Assembly: GCA_963769025.1 (NCBI GenBank)
Contig: CAVYKI010000009.1
Span: 608,001 to 672,000, forward strand
DNA from: an uncultured Verrucomicrobiae bacterium
GTDB taxonomy: Bacteria > Verrucomicrobiota > Verrucomicrobiia > Chthoniobacterales > Chthoniobacteraceae
Direction of reading: 5' to 3'
DNA length: 64,000 nt
In this document: in pieces, positions 51,014 through 62,900 of the stretch
How positions within the stretch are numbered: the first letter of the stretch is position 1
Layout: each line of letters begins with the position of its first letter
Program-made: the position numbers and the translations under genes
Notes under the pieces: generated by a model
The model's input: the letters and a program-made list of their open reading frames with translations, nothing else
Database searches by the model: none
Told to the model about the DNA's origin: nothing

Positions 51014-51715
51014 ATGAATCTCACCATCCGCAAATCCGACGCCCGGGGCCGGGCCGAGCACGGCTGGCTTCGCTCGCGACACACGTTCAGCTTTGCCGAC
51101 TACTACGATCCGGCGCACATGGGCTTCCGCTCGCTGCGCGTGATCAATGAGGACTTCGTCGCCCCGGGCAGCGGGTTCCCCACGCATCCGCACCGCGACA
51201 TGGAAATCTTCAGCTACATCGTCGAGGGCTCTCTCGCGCATGAGGACAGCATGGGCAATGGCCGCGTGCTGGAGCCCGGGCAGATCCAGCTCATGAGCGC
51301 GGGCCGCGGCGTGACCCACAGCGAGGCGAACCCCTCGGCCACGGACCCGGTGCATCTCCTGCAAATCTGGATCCAGCCCCGCCAGAAAGGCCTGAAGCCC
51401 GGCTACACCGAATGGCATCCCGGCACCGCGCACGAGAGCAACCCCAAGGTCCTCGTCATTTCCCCCGACGGCCGCGAAGGCTCCGCCGTCATCCATCAGG
51501 AAGCCGACGTGTATCGCATCCGCCTCCGCGCGGGGGAATCCGTCTCCCACGGCATCCTCACCGGCCGCGGAGTGTGGCTGCAGGTGATCAAAGGTGCGTT
51601 GAGCGTGAATGACACGCCGCTCACAGCCGGCGACGCGGCGAGCACCGATGACACTGGCACGCTCGACATCACCGCCAGCGAAGACACCGAGGCGCTGCTT
51701 TTTGATCTGCTCTGA
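51014..51715 (+). CDS. Pirin family protein (YhhW-like)
   Basis: GWLRSRHTFSFADYYDP, LRVINED, HPHRDMEI, HEDSMG, MSAGRGVTHSE, QIWI. Confidence 0.93.
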   Translation: MNLTIRKSDARGRAEHGWLRSRHTFSFADYYDPAHMGFRSLRVINEDFVAPGSGFPTHPHRDMEIFSYIVEGSLAHEDSMGNGRVLEPGQIQLMSAGRGVTHSEANPSATDPVHLLQIWIQPRQKGLKPGYTEWHPGTAHESNPKVLVISPDGREGSAVIHQEADVYRIRLRAGESVSHGILTGRGVWLQVIKGALSVNDTPLTAGDAASTDDTGTLDITASEDTEALLFDLL

Positions 51716-51736
51716 CATCCACACCCACGCATCCCC

Positions 51737-52192
51737 ATGACCGCACACGACAAGCTCAAGCTCCTCGCCAAAGACCTCACCAAGGATTTCCCGCGCAGCC
51801 CGCGCGAAATGCTCGGAGGCTACGTCATCGCGGGGCGTGCGGTGGACAAATGCCGCTCGGTCCTCGCGGGAACCGCGGGCGAATATCACTCGGGCTGCCC
51901 GCTCGATGAGATCTGGCTGAACTTCGCCTGCATCTCGATGGACGACTTCAAAAAGTTCGTGGCCACCGGCGCGACCGACGCGGAGATCGCGGAGTGGATC
52001 CAAAAGACCGCCACGTCGCGGCCGAGGATCGAGGTCATCAAATGGAACAACGATCTGCGCGGTAAACGCCTCAGCGAAATGCCCGAGGGCATTCAGGAAT
52101 ACATGGAGGATTACGTGGCGAAATTCATCCCGCGCAACCGCCCCATCTACGCCTTCTTCGACATCTACGACATCGAGGAACAGCGCATCTGA
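51737..52192 (+). CDS. DUF5069-like protein
   Basis: PRSPREMLGGY...R..DKCR...GEYHSGCPLD pattern. Confidence 0.7.
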   Translation: MTAHDKLKLLAKDLTKDFPRSPREMLGGYVIAGRAVDKCRSVLAGTAGEYHSGCPLDEIWLNFACISMDDFKKFVATGATDAEIAEWIQKTATSRPRIEVIKWNNDLRGKRLSEMPEGIQEYMEDYVAKFIPRNRPIYAFFDIYDIEEQRI

Positions 52193-52199
52193 GGCTCCG

Positions 52200-53012
52200 C
52201 TACAGCGCGATGCCAAAGACGCGCGCCACCTTGCCCACGAACGGCCGCAGCGGCTCCGGGCAGTTTTGCCGCCACTCGGCGAGGTACGCGGCGAGCGGCA
52301 TCTTCCGGTCGCGCGAGCCGAGATTCATGAAGGTGACCGCCTCCCATGCACGCGGCTCGGCCTCGAGCAGCGGGAGCAGTTGCGCGGCCACGATGGCGTT
52401 ACTCGTGCGCAGCTTCGGGTTGCGCCGCATCGCCGGTTCATTCTGCCGGAACCACCGGATGAAGTCCCCGCGCCCGCCCGCGGCGCGCATCCGCTCCGCC
52501 GCGTATTCGGCGAATTCCGGCGCGTACGAGCGCCAGTTCCGGAAAGGCGCGGACCGCTCCCAGGACTTTGCCATCGCGCGCAGCGCGAAGAGCGACGCCG
52601 CCTCGGCGAGGCTTTCCTCCAGCCACAGGTGCGGCTTTCCATCCGCGCGCCACGTCCGCCGCCAGTCGTTGCTCTGCGCGGCCAGCACGTGGCAGAACTC
52701 GTGCGCAAACTGGAAGGCCATCTGCGCGCACCGCCGGTCCCCGGCCTCGATGCCGACGATGATTTTCCCGTCCGGCGTCCGCTCCCACGCCGTCTGCGGA
52801 TGCCCCTCGCGATGATGCACCACGATCGGCCCGATGCGCGTGCGCCGGCAATGCCGCGCGATTTCCTCCCCCGCCGCGAGCGCCACCGCCCGCACCTCCC
52901 GCGCGCTCATCCGCCCCCACCCGCCCTCCGCCACCGCGATGTCGAGCGTGGCCGCGCGGAGCGGACCCGCCATCACGGCGAGCAGAAGGGCGATGAAAAG
53001 AAAGTGCTTCAT
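52200..53012 (-). CDS. Secreted hypothetical protein with HExxH motif (putative zinc metallopeptidase)
   Basis: Signal peptide MKHFLFIALLL; FQFAHEFCHVL followed by WLEESLAE. Confidence 0.65.
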   Translation of the reverse strand: MKHFLFIALLLAVMAGPLRAATLDIAVAEGGWGRMSAREVRAVALAAGEEIARHCRRTRIGPIVVHHREGHPQTAWERTPDGKIIVGIEAGDRRCAQMAFQFAHEFCHVLAAQSNDWRRTWRADGKPHLWLEESLAEAASLFALRAMAKSWERSAPFRNWRSYAPEFAEYAAERMRAAGGRGDFIRWFRQNEPAMRRNPKLRTSNAIVAAQLLPLLEAEPRAWEAVTFMNLGSRDRKMPLAAYLAEWRQNCPEPLRPFVGKVARVFGIAL

Positions 53013-53317
53013 GGGCGACAGAGAATGAGGTGCCCCTTCGTTAAAACCCCATCTTTCGTTCGAGGCAACGCATTGACGAGGGCCGGGCTCACCGTTGCGC
53101 GCGATTGCCAACGCGCGGGAAGGCGCGCGCGCCGGCAGGGCTAAACACGGCACTTCTATCGTTGCCGCCAGCGGGTTTTCGGGGGCGGGGTGCGGGAGAG
53201 ACCTGGAGATTGGGGGACCCTCCTCTCCCTGTCTCCCCGTCTCCAAGTCCCCCTCTCCACTCCCCGCTCCACCCCGGGATTGCGTGTGCTGTCCGCGCTG
53301 TGTACCGCTCGCTCCCG

Positions 53318-55296
53318 ATGAACCCCTCCTCCTTCCCCATCATCCCGCAGTTGCTTCGTTCGGTTTCGCTTTTCGTCCTGCTGGTCGCGGGGGGCGCACT
53401 TTCCGCCGCGGCGGATGCGGCTCGGCCCAATATCCTATGGATCACCAGCGAGGATCACGGGCCGCACATGGGGTGCTATGGGGATGCCTATGCGACGACG
53501 CCGAATGTGGACGCGCTCGCGAAGCGCGGGCTGCTTTTCACGAAGTGCTGGTCGAATGCGCCGGTGTGCGCGCCGGCGCGGACGACGATCATCACGGGGA
53601 TGTATCCGACGAGCCTCGGCGCGGAGCACATGCGGAGCATGGTGCCGTTCCCGGCGGGGAAGAAGATGTTCCCGCAGTTCCTCCGCGAGGCGGGCTACTA
53701 CTGCACGAACAACTGCGAAGGAGGACTACAACATCGCGAAGCCGGGGCAGGTGTGGGATGAGTCGTCGAAGGACGCGCATTGGAAGAATCGCGCGGCGGG
53801 CACGCAGGGCCAGGGGGCGCAGCCGTTCTTCGCGGTCTTCAACTCGACCAAGAGCCACGAGAGCCAGATCCGCAAGCGCCCGCACACGCAGGTCCACGAC
53901 CCGGCGAAGGTGCGCGTGCCGGCGTATCATCCCGACACGCCGGAGGTGCGGCAGGATTGGGCGCAGTATTATGACACCGTGACGGAGGCGGACGCGGACG
54001 CGGGCAGCGCATCTCGACGGAGTTGGAAAAGGCGGGGCTCACGGAGGACACGATCATTTTCTACTACGCCGACCACGGCTCGGGGATGCCGCGGAACAAG
54101 CGCTGGCCTTACAACTCCGGCCTGCACGTGCCGCTGGTGGTGTTACATCCCGGAGAAGTTCAAGGAGCTGCGTCCGCCGGAATACAAGGCGGGCGGGAAG
54201 TCGGACCGGCTGGTGAGCTTCGTGGACCTCGCGCCGACGATGCTCAGCCTCATCGGCGTGAAGCCGCCGGAATGGATGCAGGGCCACGCCTTTCTCGGGA
54301 AGTTCATCGCGGAGCCGCAGCCCTTCCTGCACGGCTTCCGCGGCCGCATGGACGAGCGCCTCGACCTCGTGCGCAGCGTGACGGACGGCCGCTACGTCTA
54401 TGTGCGCAACTACATGCCGCACCTCATCTACGGCCAGCATCTCAACTACATGTGGCAGACGCCGACCACGCGCGTGTGGGAGCAGCTTCACAAGGAGGGC
54501 AAGCTGAACGCCGCGCAGGACAAGTTCTGGAACCCGAAGCCGCCGGAGGAGCTGTTCGATCTGCAGAGTGATCCGGATGAAGTGAAGAATCTGGCGGACT
54601 CGAAGGAGCACGAGGAGATCAAGACGAAGCTCCGCAAAGGCCCAGACGACTACACGCAATTCGAATTCGCGATGTCGGCTTCCTTCCCGAAGGCGAGCGC
54701 GCGATCCATTGGGCGGGCAAGGGACCGTATCCCTTACGACATTGATAAGCCACCTGGTTCAAGGAAATACTCCTGCGTCACGCGGGCTATATTTCCAGCG
54801 GAAGATGCGTCAAAAGCGCACTGGCCCGGCTTCCCAGTTTACCCTCCATCGGCACTCGACTGGCGATCCTTCAAGAGCAAATGCATTCTACAGAATTTCT
54901 TGTAAGGTATTGGGCAGTGCTCGGTCACCAAATGCGCGGCAAGCCAGCGGTGGACGCGAGCCATGACGCACTGCGTGTCCGCGTTGAAAGACACCTCCGC
55001 CGCCCGTCCGCATCGCCGCGGCGCGGGCGCTGGCGAAATTCGGCACGGAGGCCGACGCGCAGGCGGCGTTCACGGTGCTGCTCGATGCCGCGGACTGGTC
55101 GAAGAACGACGTCTTCACCGCGATGTCCGCGCTGGATGCGCTCGCCGCCACCGCCGGGAAGATCGCGCAGTCGAAAGACGCCGCCGCCCTCGCCGCCCGG
55201 ATCAAAGCCCTTCCCGCCAAAGGCCCCGCCCCCGACGCCCGCTACAAGGAATACATCCCGCGCCTCCTGGAGGAACTGCGCGAGCGCTTGCCGTAG
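53318..55296 (+). CDS. Sulfatase with C-terminal HEAT-like repeats, frameshifted
   Basis: [23 protein letters not shown] (FGly motif), [34 protein letters not shown]. Confidence 0.85.
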
Positions 55297-55327
55297 GACG
55301 CGAGAAACAGGGCGCATCCGCTGAAGA

Positions 55328-55490
55328 TAGCCCAGGCACTTCAGTGCTGGCGTTCCGATTCGGAAAGGCAAAGCGCAGTCCCGCAGGGACCGGCAGGCCG
55401 CGGACGACGCGCGGCAACCTTTGCTGTTCGTCCCTCCGGGACTCGTTGCTCGGCTGCATCCGGGATCCCGCAGCACTGAAGTGCTGGCGC
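55328..55490. repeat. Nested inverted-repeat element (REP/REPIN- or MITE-like)
   Basis: Outer arms GCACTTCAGTGCTG (55336-55349) / CAGCACTGAAGTGC (55471-55484); inner arms AGTCCCGCAGGGAC (55377-55390) / GTCCCTCCGGGACT (55430-55443). Confidence 0.7.
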
Positions 55491-55629
55491 TCACTCTCCG
55501 CGAGGCTGTCATCGTCATTGCGTGCTCTGCGTTTCAACTCCTCCCATCGCCGGCAAAGAAGCATGACGGAAAAAACAGAGGTTGAGCCTTGCCCAAATCC
55601 TTAAGTCCCTGTATCTCCCGCGCCGAATT

Positions 55630-56954
55630 ATGCGTTTTCCACTAGCACTCACGGCCCGAATCGCCCGGCACATCATCAGCAATAAGCTTCGCGGCGTTAA
55701 GAAATTCGCGACCGTGCTCCAGCTCGAGCCGCTCCACACCTGCAACCTGACCTGCACCGGCTGCGGACGCATCCGCGAATATTCGACCTCGATCAAGGAC
55801 GTGATGCCGCTGGCGGACTGCCTCGCAGGCTGCCGAGGAATGCGGGGCGCCGATGGTGAGCATTTGCGGCGGCGAGCCGCTCATTTACCCGCACATCGAG
55901 GACCTCGTGGCGGCCTGCTCGAAGCGCAAGCGCATCGTCTACATCTGCACGAACGCCACGGCGATGCGGAAGAAGATGCGCGACTATCTGGCGTCCATTT
56001 TCCTGAAAAATCCCGCCGCGGCCGAGGCGAAAATCCAGTTGCTGCTGAGCGAGGAACTCATCACCAACGCGCAGGCCGACGAGGTCGCGCAAAGGCCCGA
56101 AGGACGCGAAGAAGCCGGTCATCTCGCCGACGCAGTGGATGTATTGGAACGTGCATCTCGACGGCCTGGAGCGGACGCACGACCTCATCGTGGAGCGCGA
56201 AGGCGTCTTCAAGGAAGCCGTGCTGGCGATGCGCATGGCGAAGGTGCTCGGCTACCAGGTCGCGACGAACACGACCGTCTATAAGGAGACCGAGGTGCAG
56301 GAAATCGAGGACCTGTTCGCCTTCCTCAACACGCTGAACGTGGACGGCCACACCATCGCGCCCGGCTACGAATACGACGCCGCCAAGGCCGACATGGTGA
56401 AGCGTCTCGGCATCGAGCCGGAGAATTTTTTCCTCACGCGCAAGCTGACCATCAAGAAGTTCGCCAAGATCGAGGAGTGGGGCCGCCTTTTCCCGATCTT
56501 CGGCACGCCGGTGTATCTCGAATTCCTCGCCGGCAAGCGCGACCTGACGTGCTCCGCCTGGGCCATCCCGACCCGCAACGTGCGCGGCTGGAAAGGCCCG
56601 TGCTACCTGATGACGGACGGCCACTACAAGACCTACAACGACCTGCTCGAAAAGACGAATTGGGACAAGGTCGGCGTGGTGAATGGCGAGGCCCGCGACC
56701 CGCGTTGCGAGAACTGCATGATGAACTGCGGCTACGAGCCCACCGCGGCCCTCGGCCTGAACGGCAAGCGCGGCGACATGTGGAAGACGATCAAGTTCAA
56801 CTTCGGCACGAAGCCGAAGCCGAAGCCGGTGCAGATCGACGCCTTCAACGGCGTGACGTGCGGCAAAGGCCACGCGACCGGCCCCGCCGCTCCCGCGAAA
56901 AACGCGTGCGGCACGGGTGAAAACGCGGATCTCGCGGCAACCGCCGCGAAGTAA
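55630..56954 (+). CDS. hpnH: Hopanoid radical SAM adenosyl-hopene transferase HpnH, frameshifted
   Basis: LEPLHTCNLTCTGCG (CxxxCxxC), VSICGGEPL, VHLDG, PGYEY, CSAWAIPTRN..GWKGPCYL, CENCMMNCGYEPTA; adjacent to shc. Confidence 0.87.
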
Positions 56955-56977
56955 TCCCGAGGCCCCGGCAGCGTCCG

Positions 56978-58988
56978 ATGATTACTGAGACAATTCCGCA
57001 GACCGAACGCGATCCCCTCCCCCGCGCCATCGGGCTCGCGCAGGCAAATCTCCTCCGGCTCCAGCGCGAGGACGGCCACTGGTGCGGCGAGCTGTTCGTC
57101 GATAGCACGCTCGTCAGCGATTACATCGCCTACATGCACTGGGCGGGCGAAGTGGATCCGGTGCTCCAGGAAAAATGCGTCGCGCACATCCGCCGCCGCC
57201 AGCTCCCGGACGGCGGCTGGAACATCTACGAGGGCGGCCCGAGCGAGATCAACGCGACGGTCAAAGCCTACTTCGCGCTGAAGCTCGCCGGGCCACGCGC
57301 CGAATCTGCCCGTGGATGCACGAGGCCCGCGCCGCGGCGCTCCGCCTCGGCGGCATCCCGCGGATGAACACCTACTCGAAGCTCTACCTCGCGCTTCTCG
57401 GACAGTTCCCGTGGAAATATCTGCCGACCGTCCCGCCGGAGATGCTGCTTTTCCCGAAGTGGTTCTTCTTCAACATCTACCAGATGAGCTCGTGGACGCG
57501 CGCGATGCTCATCCCGCTCGCGATCCTGAATCACTTCCAGCCCACGCGCCATCTGCCGCCGGAAGTCGCGCTGCACGAGCTCTACCCCGTCGGCTCCGAG
57601 CAGGCGGACATGCGCCCGCGCTGGCGCAAGCCGCGCTTCTCGTGGCCGAATTTCTTCCTGTGCTGCGACCGCCTGCTGAAACGGCTCCGCCCTTTCCAAA
57701 TCAAGCCGCTGCCGCAAGCGCGCGCTGCGCATGCTGCGAGGACTGGCTGCTCGAACACATCGGCGAAGGCAGCGACGGTCTCGGCGCGATTTTCCCCGCG
57801 ATGCTGAACTCGATCATCGCGCTCAAGGCGCTCGGCTACACCAACGACCATCCCGCTGCTCGCGAAGGCGAAGCGCGACTTCGAGGGACTCTTCGTGGAT
57901 GACCCGACGGACTTCCGCATCCAGCCGTGCCTCTCGCCGGTGTGGGACACGGCCATCACGACCATCGCGCTCGCCGACAGCGGCGTGCCGCCGTCAAACG
58001 ACGGCGCTCCAGCGCGCGGAGCAATGGCTCGCTTTCCAAGGAAGTGCGCATCCGCGGCGATTGGGCGGTGAAGAACCCGCACCCCGAGGCCGAGCGGCTG
58101 GGCGTTTGAATATCGCAACGACTACTACCCCGACACCGACGACACGATGATGGTCCTCATGGCGCTGCGCGCCGCGCGGCCCGACGTCGATTTCGGCGTC
58201 GAGCAATTCAGCGCACGCAGCGCGAAGCCCGCCGCGCCTGCCGACGAGCGCACGGCGATCTACCAGCGCGCGCTGCGCTGGCTCATGAGCTTCCAGTGCA
58301 AGGACGGCGGCTGGGCGGCGTTCGACAAGGACGTGACGCACCGCTGGCTCGAGGACGTTCCCTTTGCCGACCACAACGCGATCCTCGATCCCACGTGCAG
58401 CGACCTCACCGGCCGCGTGCTCGAGCTGCTCGGGAAGATCGGATTCCCGCGCAACGACAAGCGCATCCGCCGCGCCATCAAGCTCATCCAGCGACACGCA
58501 GGATTCCGACGGCTCGTGGTATGGCCGCTGGGGCGTGAATTACATCTACGGCACGTGGCAGGTGCTCCGCGGCCTCCGCAGCATCGGCGAAGACATGCGC
58601 CAGCCGTGGATCGTCCGCGCGCGCGACTGGCTGGAGAGCTGCCAGAACGAAGACGGCGGCTGGGGCGAGACCTGCACGAGCTACGACGACCCGACCTTGA
58701 AGGGCCGCGGCCCGAGCACGCCCTCGCAGACCGCGTGGGCGCTCATGGGCATCATCTCCGCGACCGATTCGTCGCGCCAGGCGGCGTTCGACTGCAAGAG
58801 CATCCGCCGCGGCGTCGAGTTTCTCATCGAGCCGCCAAAATGCCGACGGCTCGTGGCCCGAACCCGAGACGACCGGCACCGGCTTCCCGTGCGTGTTCTA
58901 CCTCAAGTACGACATGTACCGGAACAACTGGCCGCTCATGGCACTGGCCCACTACGCGACGGCCATCGGCGTGCTCAAGCGCGACTGA
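56978..58988 (+). CDS. shc: Squalene-hopene cyclase, frameshifted
   Basis: QREDGHW, QLPDGGW QW repeats; SSWTR; SPVWDT; YYPDTDDT; QCKDGGWAAFD; GSWYGRWGVNYIYGTW; TGFP.VFYLKY. Confidence 0.92.
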
Positions 58989-59002
58989 TTCGCCGCGCCC
59001 GC

Positions 59003-60340
59003 TCAGTCGCGGGCGAGTTCTTCGAGCAGCGCCTTGTTCAGGCGGATTCCTGCCTCGAAGTTTTCGACGGGGAAATTTTCGTCGGGCGCGTGCGCGCGGC
59101 AGTTGGGCAGCGCGAGGCCGAGGAGGAGGGTCTCGACGCCGAGGATTTCGCGGAAGGTGGTCACGATCGGGATGCTGCCGCCTTCACGGATGAGGGCGAG
59201 GTCGTGGCCGGGGAATGACGCGGCGAGCGCGCGCTGTGCGGCCTTTCCATACGCGGAATGCGGGTCGGTGAGGTAAGGTTCGCCGCCGTGGCCGTCGGCG
59301 ATTTCGAGGCGGACACCGGGTGGGCAGTTCGCGGTGAGATGCGCGCGGACCTTCGCGAGGATGTCGGCAGGATGTTGGCCGGGGACGAGGCGGAACGTGA
59401 GTTTCACGAAGGCCTCGCGCGGGATGACGGTCTTGCTGCCGGTGCCCTGGAAGCCGCCGCCGATGCCGTTCACCTCGGCGGTCGGCCGGGCCCATGCGCG
59501 CTCGAGCGTGGTGAAGCCTTCCTCGCCGAACGGATGCGCGGCACCGGTGACAAACAGGAGTTCCTTTTCACCGAATGGCAGGCGCGCCCATGCGTCGCGC
59601 TCCCAGTCCTGGAGCGGCGCGACGCCGTCGTAAAAGCCCGGCACGGCGACACGCCCGTGCGCGTCGTGCAACGTGGCGACGAGACGCGCGACGGCGGTGG
59701 CGGGATTCGCGACCGTGCCGCCGTAGATGCCGCTGTGCAGATCGATGGACGGGCCGTGGACGCGCACTTCCATGGCGGCGATGCCGCGCAGGCCGTAGGT
59801 GAAGGTGGGCGTGCGCGGCGCGATCATGCCGGTGTCGCTGATGGCGATGAGGTCGCAGCGGAGGGCGTCGCGATTCGCGGAAAGGAATTCGGCGAGGTGC
59901 TTGCTGCCGACCTCCTCCTCGCCCTCGATGAGGAAGATGAGATTCACCGGAAGCTCGCCCTTTTCGCGCAGCGTCTCGCCGACGCCGAGGACGTGCGCGA
60001 GGATCTGGCCCTTGTTGTCCGTGGAGCCGCGCGCGTAGATGATGCCATCGCGCACGACGGGCTCGAAGGGCGGCGAGGTCCATTCGGCGAGCGGCTCGAC
60101 GGGCTGCACGTCGTAGTGGCCGTAAATCATGACCGTGCGGCGGCCGGGCTTGTGTTCGTTGCGCGCGGTGATGATGGGATGCCCGCCGGTCGGATGAAGT
60201 TCGGCGGTGAGGCCGATGGCGCGGAGTTTCGCGACGAGCCAGCCGGCGCATTTCGCGACGTCGCCGGCGTGGCGCGGCTCGGTGGAGACGCTGGGGAACC
60301 GGATGAAGGAGAACAGATCGTCGAGGTGCGGACTTTGCAT
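59003..60340 (-). CDS. M20 family dipeptidase
   Basis: IYGHYDVQP, ARGSTDNKGQ, EGEEE, DLHSG, GGSIP, HAPDE. Confidence 0.92.
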   Translation of the reverse strand: MQSPHLDDLFSFIRFPSVSTEPRHAGDVAKCAGWLVAKLRAIGLTAELHPTGGHPIITARNEHKPGRRTVMIYGHYDVQPVEPLAEWTSPPFEPVVRDGIIYARGSTDNKGQILAHVLGVGETLREKGELPVNLIFLIEGEEEVGSKHLAEFLSANRDALRCDLIAISDTGMIAPRTPTFTYGLRGIAAMEVRVHGPSIDLHSGIYGGTVANPATAVARLVATLHDAHGRVAVPGFYDGVAPLQDWERDAWARLPFGEKELLFVTGAAHPFGEEGFTTLERAWARPTAEVNGIGGGFQGTGSKTVIPREAFVKLTFRLVPGQHPADILAKVRAHLTANCPPGVRLEIADGHGGEPYLTDPHSAYGKAAQRALAASFPGHDLALIREGGSIPIVTTFREILGVETLLLGLALPNCRAHAPDENFPVENFEAGIRLNKALLEELARD

Positions 60341-60450
60341 CAGCGAACGCTACACGTGCCGTGCGGCCAACGGCAACGTCCGGTGTGTGACGAATCCCCT
60401 TCTCGACTTCACCGCTGCGCGTTCCGTAGAAACGCAGCCCGCAATTTTCC

Positions 60451-62164
60451 ATGAGCAACGAAACGCCCGCAGCTCCCTCGGCTCCAGCCGCACCTTCCGA
60501 TTTCATCCGCGACATCGTCGCGCAGCATGTCGCCGATGGGAGCTACCCGAACATCCTCACGCGCTTCCCGCCCGAGCCGAATGGCTACCTGCACATCGGC
60601 CACGCAAAATCGATCTGCCTGAACTTCGGAATCGCGCGGGAATTCGGCGGCGCGTGCAACCTGCGCATGGATGACACGAACCCGACGAAGGAGGACGTGG
60701 AGTATGTCGAAAGCATCATCCGCGACGTGGACTGGCTCATCGCCGGCTGGGCGGACGGGGTGAAGACGCCGAAGCTTTTTCACGCGAGCGATTACTTCGA
60801 GCAGCTCTACGAATTTGCGGTGACGCTGATCAAAAAAGGGAAGGCGTTCGTCTGCGACCTCAGCGGCGAACAGGTCGCGGCATACCGCGGCGCGCCGACC
60901 GAACCCGGGCGGCCTTCGCCGAACCGCGACCGCAGCGTGGAGGAAAACCTCGACCTTTTCGCGCGGATGCGCGCCGGGGAATTCGCCGACGGCACGAAGA
61001 CGCTGCGCGCGAAGATCGACATGGCTTCGCCGAACATCCACATGCGCGACCCGGTGCTGTACCGCATCCGCCACACGGAGCATCAGGCGACCGGGAGCAA
61101 GTGGTGCATCTATCCGATGTACGACTACGCGCACTGCCTGAGCGACGCCATCGAGGGGATTTCGCATTCGATCTGCACGCTGGAATTCGAAGTGCACCGG
61201 CCGCTCTACGACTGGCTGGTGGATGAAGTCGGCCTGTGGAATCCGCGCCCGCGCCAGTACGAATTTGCGCGGCTGAGCCTGACCTACACGCTGATGAGCA
61301 AGCGCAAGCTGTTGCAACTCGTGGAGGAAAACATCGTGACCGGTTGGGACGATCCGCGCATGCCGACCATCTGCGGCATGCGCCGCCGCGGCGTGACGGC
61401 GCAGGCGCTGCGCAATTTCGCCTACCACATCGGCGTGACGAAATACATGTCGCTCACGGACGTCGCCGTGCTGGAACACTCGATCCGCGACGACCTGAAT
61501 CGCACCGCACTGCGGCGGCTCGGCGTGCTTGCGTCCGCTGAAGGTGGTGATCATGAATTTTCCTGAAGGCGAGACCGAGATGTGCGCCGCGGTGAACAAT
61601 CCGAATGACGAGACGGCGGGCACGCGCGAGGTGCCGTTCAGCCGCGAGATCTGGATCGAGCAGGACGACTTCATGGAGGTGCCGGCGCCGAAATATTTCC
61701 GCCTGAAGCCCGGTGGCGAGGTGCGGCTGAAATACGCGTTCATCATCAAGTGCAACGGAGTCGTGAAGGACGCGAGCGGCCGGGTGACTGAGCTGCGCTG
61801 CACCGCTGATCTCGAAAGCAAGACGGGCGGGCCGAACGCCGGACGGAAGGTGAAAGGCACGATCCATTGGGTGAGCGCCGCACACGCGATTGACGCCGGG
61901 GTGCGGCTCTACGACCGGCTCTTCACGGAGGCTGAGCCTGAAAAGGACGGGCGCGATTTCAAGACGGTGCTCAACCCGCACTCGCTGGAAGTCATCACGG
62001 CGAAGGTCGAACCTTCGCTGCGCGATGCCACGGCAGACGAGCGCTACCAGTTCGAGCGGCTCGCGTACTTCGCCCTCGATCCCGACTCGAAGCCCGGCGC
62101 TCCGATCTTCAACCGCACCATCACGCTCAAGGACGCCTGGGCGAAGGAAGCCCAGCGCGGCTGA
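60451..62164 (+). CDS. glnS: Glutamine-tRNA ligase, one frameshift near 61530
   Basis: [24 protein letters not shown]-type [20 protein letters not shown]; second frame [32 protein letters not shown]. Confidence 0.95.
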
Positions 62165-62900
62165 TCACTTCGCTTCCGGAGCACGTTTCCCGCGAAGGTT
62201 GAAAAAATCGAATGTCTGCTGCGGCACCGGCGGTGGCGGAGGGATCGTAGTGGCGGCACCGGCTGGAACGATTTCCGCGATGGGAACCTCTGCTTTTTGC
62301 GGCGGGGTTTTTTCCGCGGCGATGGCTGCAGCTTCGGCAGCCATGCGAGCCCTCCGCCTTGCCAGTCTCGGCTCGTCCGGATTGTCCACGCCGTTTTCAG
62401 CCGCGGCATCCTCGGGGGTCATCGCCACGGCCTTCTCGGCGAGGGCTTCGAAATTTGACGCGCTGACAGTTCGATACGTTTCCTTGCCGTCGTGAAGGAT
62501 CGCAGACCTCGTAGTCCACCCGATCGCTCTCCAGGCCAGATAAGGACTGGTAGCTGGCGACATCGAAAGCGCCACACGACACCTCCGCTGACTTGAACGA
62601 CGGCAGTGCGGGCAGATCCATTTTGCCCGCGTACTTCAGCGCACTGCCGGAATACTTCCGGACCACGGCGGTCCATTGAATCACCCCGGCTGGCACCGCG
62701 CGCGACGATTGGTTGGTCACGTTGACGGCCAAAGTCTGTTTACGGTTCCGATCCACGCCGCCCACCACCTTATCGGGAACTCTGCCGATCGTCTTTTTGC
62801 TCACCGTGACCAGCAATCGGATCGAATCCGCGGCATGGCCGGGCGCAAGGGGGAGGACGACGAACGCAAAAATTCCCGCGAGGAATGGCAAAGTTCGCAT
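62165..62900 (-). CDS. Secreted hypothetical protein, probably one gene with a frameshift near 62505
   Basis: Signal peptide MRTLPFLAGIFAF..AA; beta-rich domain continues in a second frame (ILHDGKETYR) into an Ala/Pro-rich tail. Confidence 0.55.

Noticed and set aside
53194..53265. GGAGA / TCTCC-rich short repeats upstream of the sulfatase
   Set aside because: Imperfect low-complexity hairpin; no spacers, so not CRISPR, and no assignable function.
54640..55010. Possible diversity-generating-retroelement variable region or foreign insertion in the sulfatase
   Set aside because: No template repeat or reverse transcriptase in the window; the pattern is indel noise.
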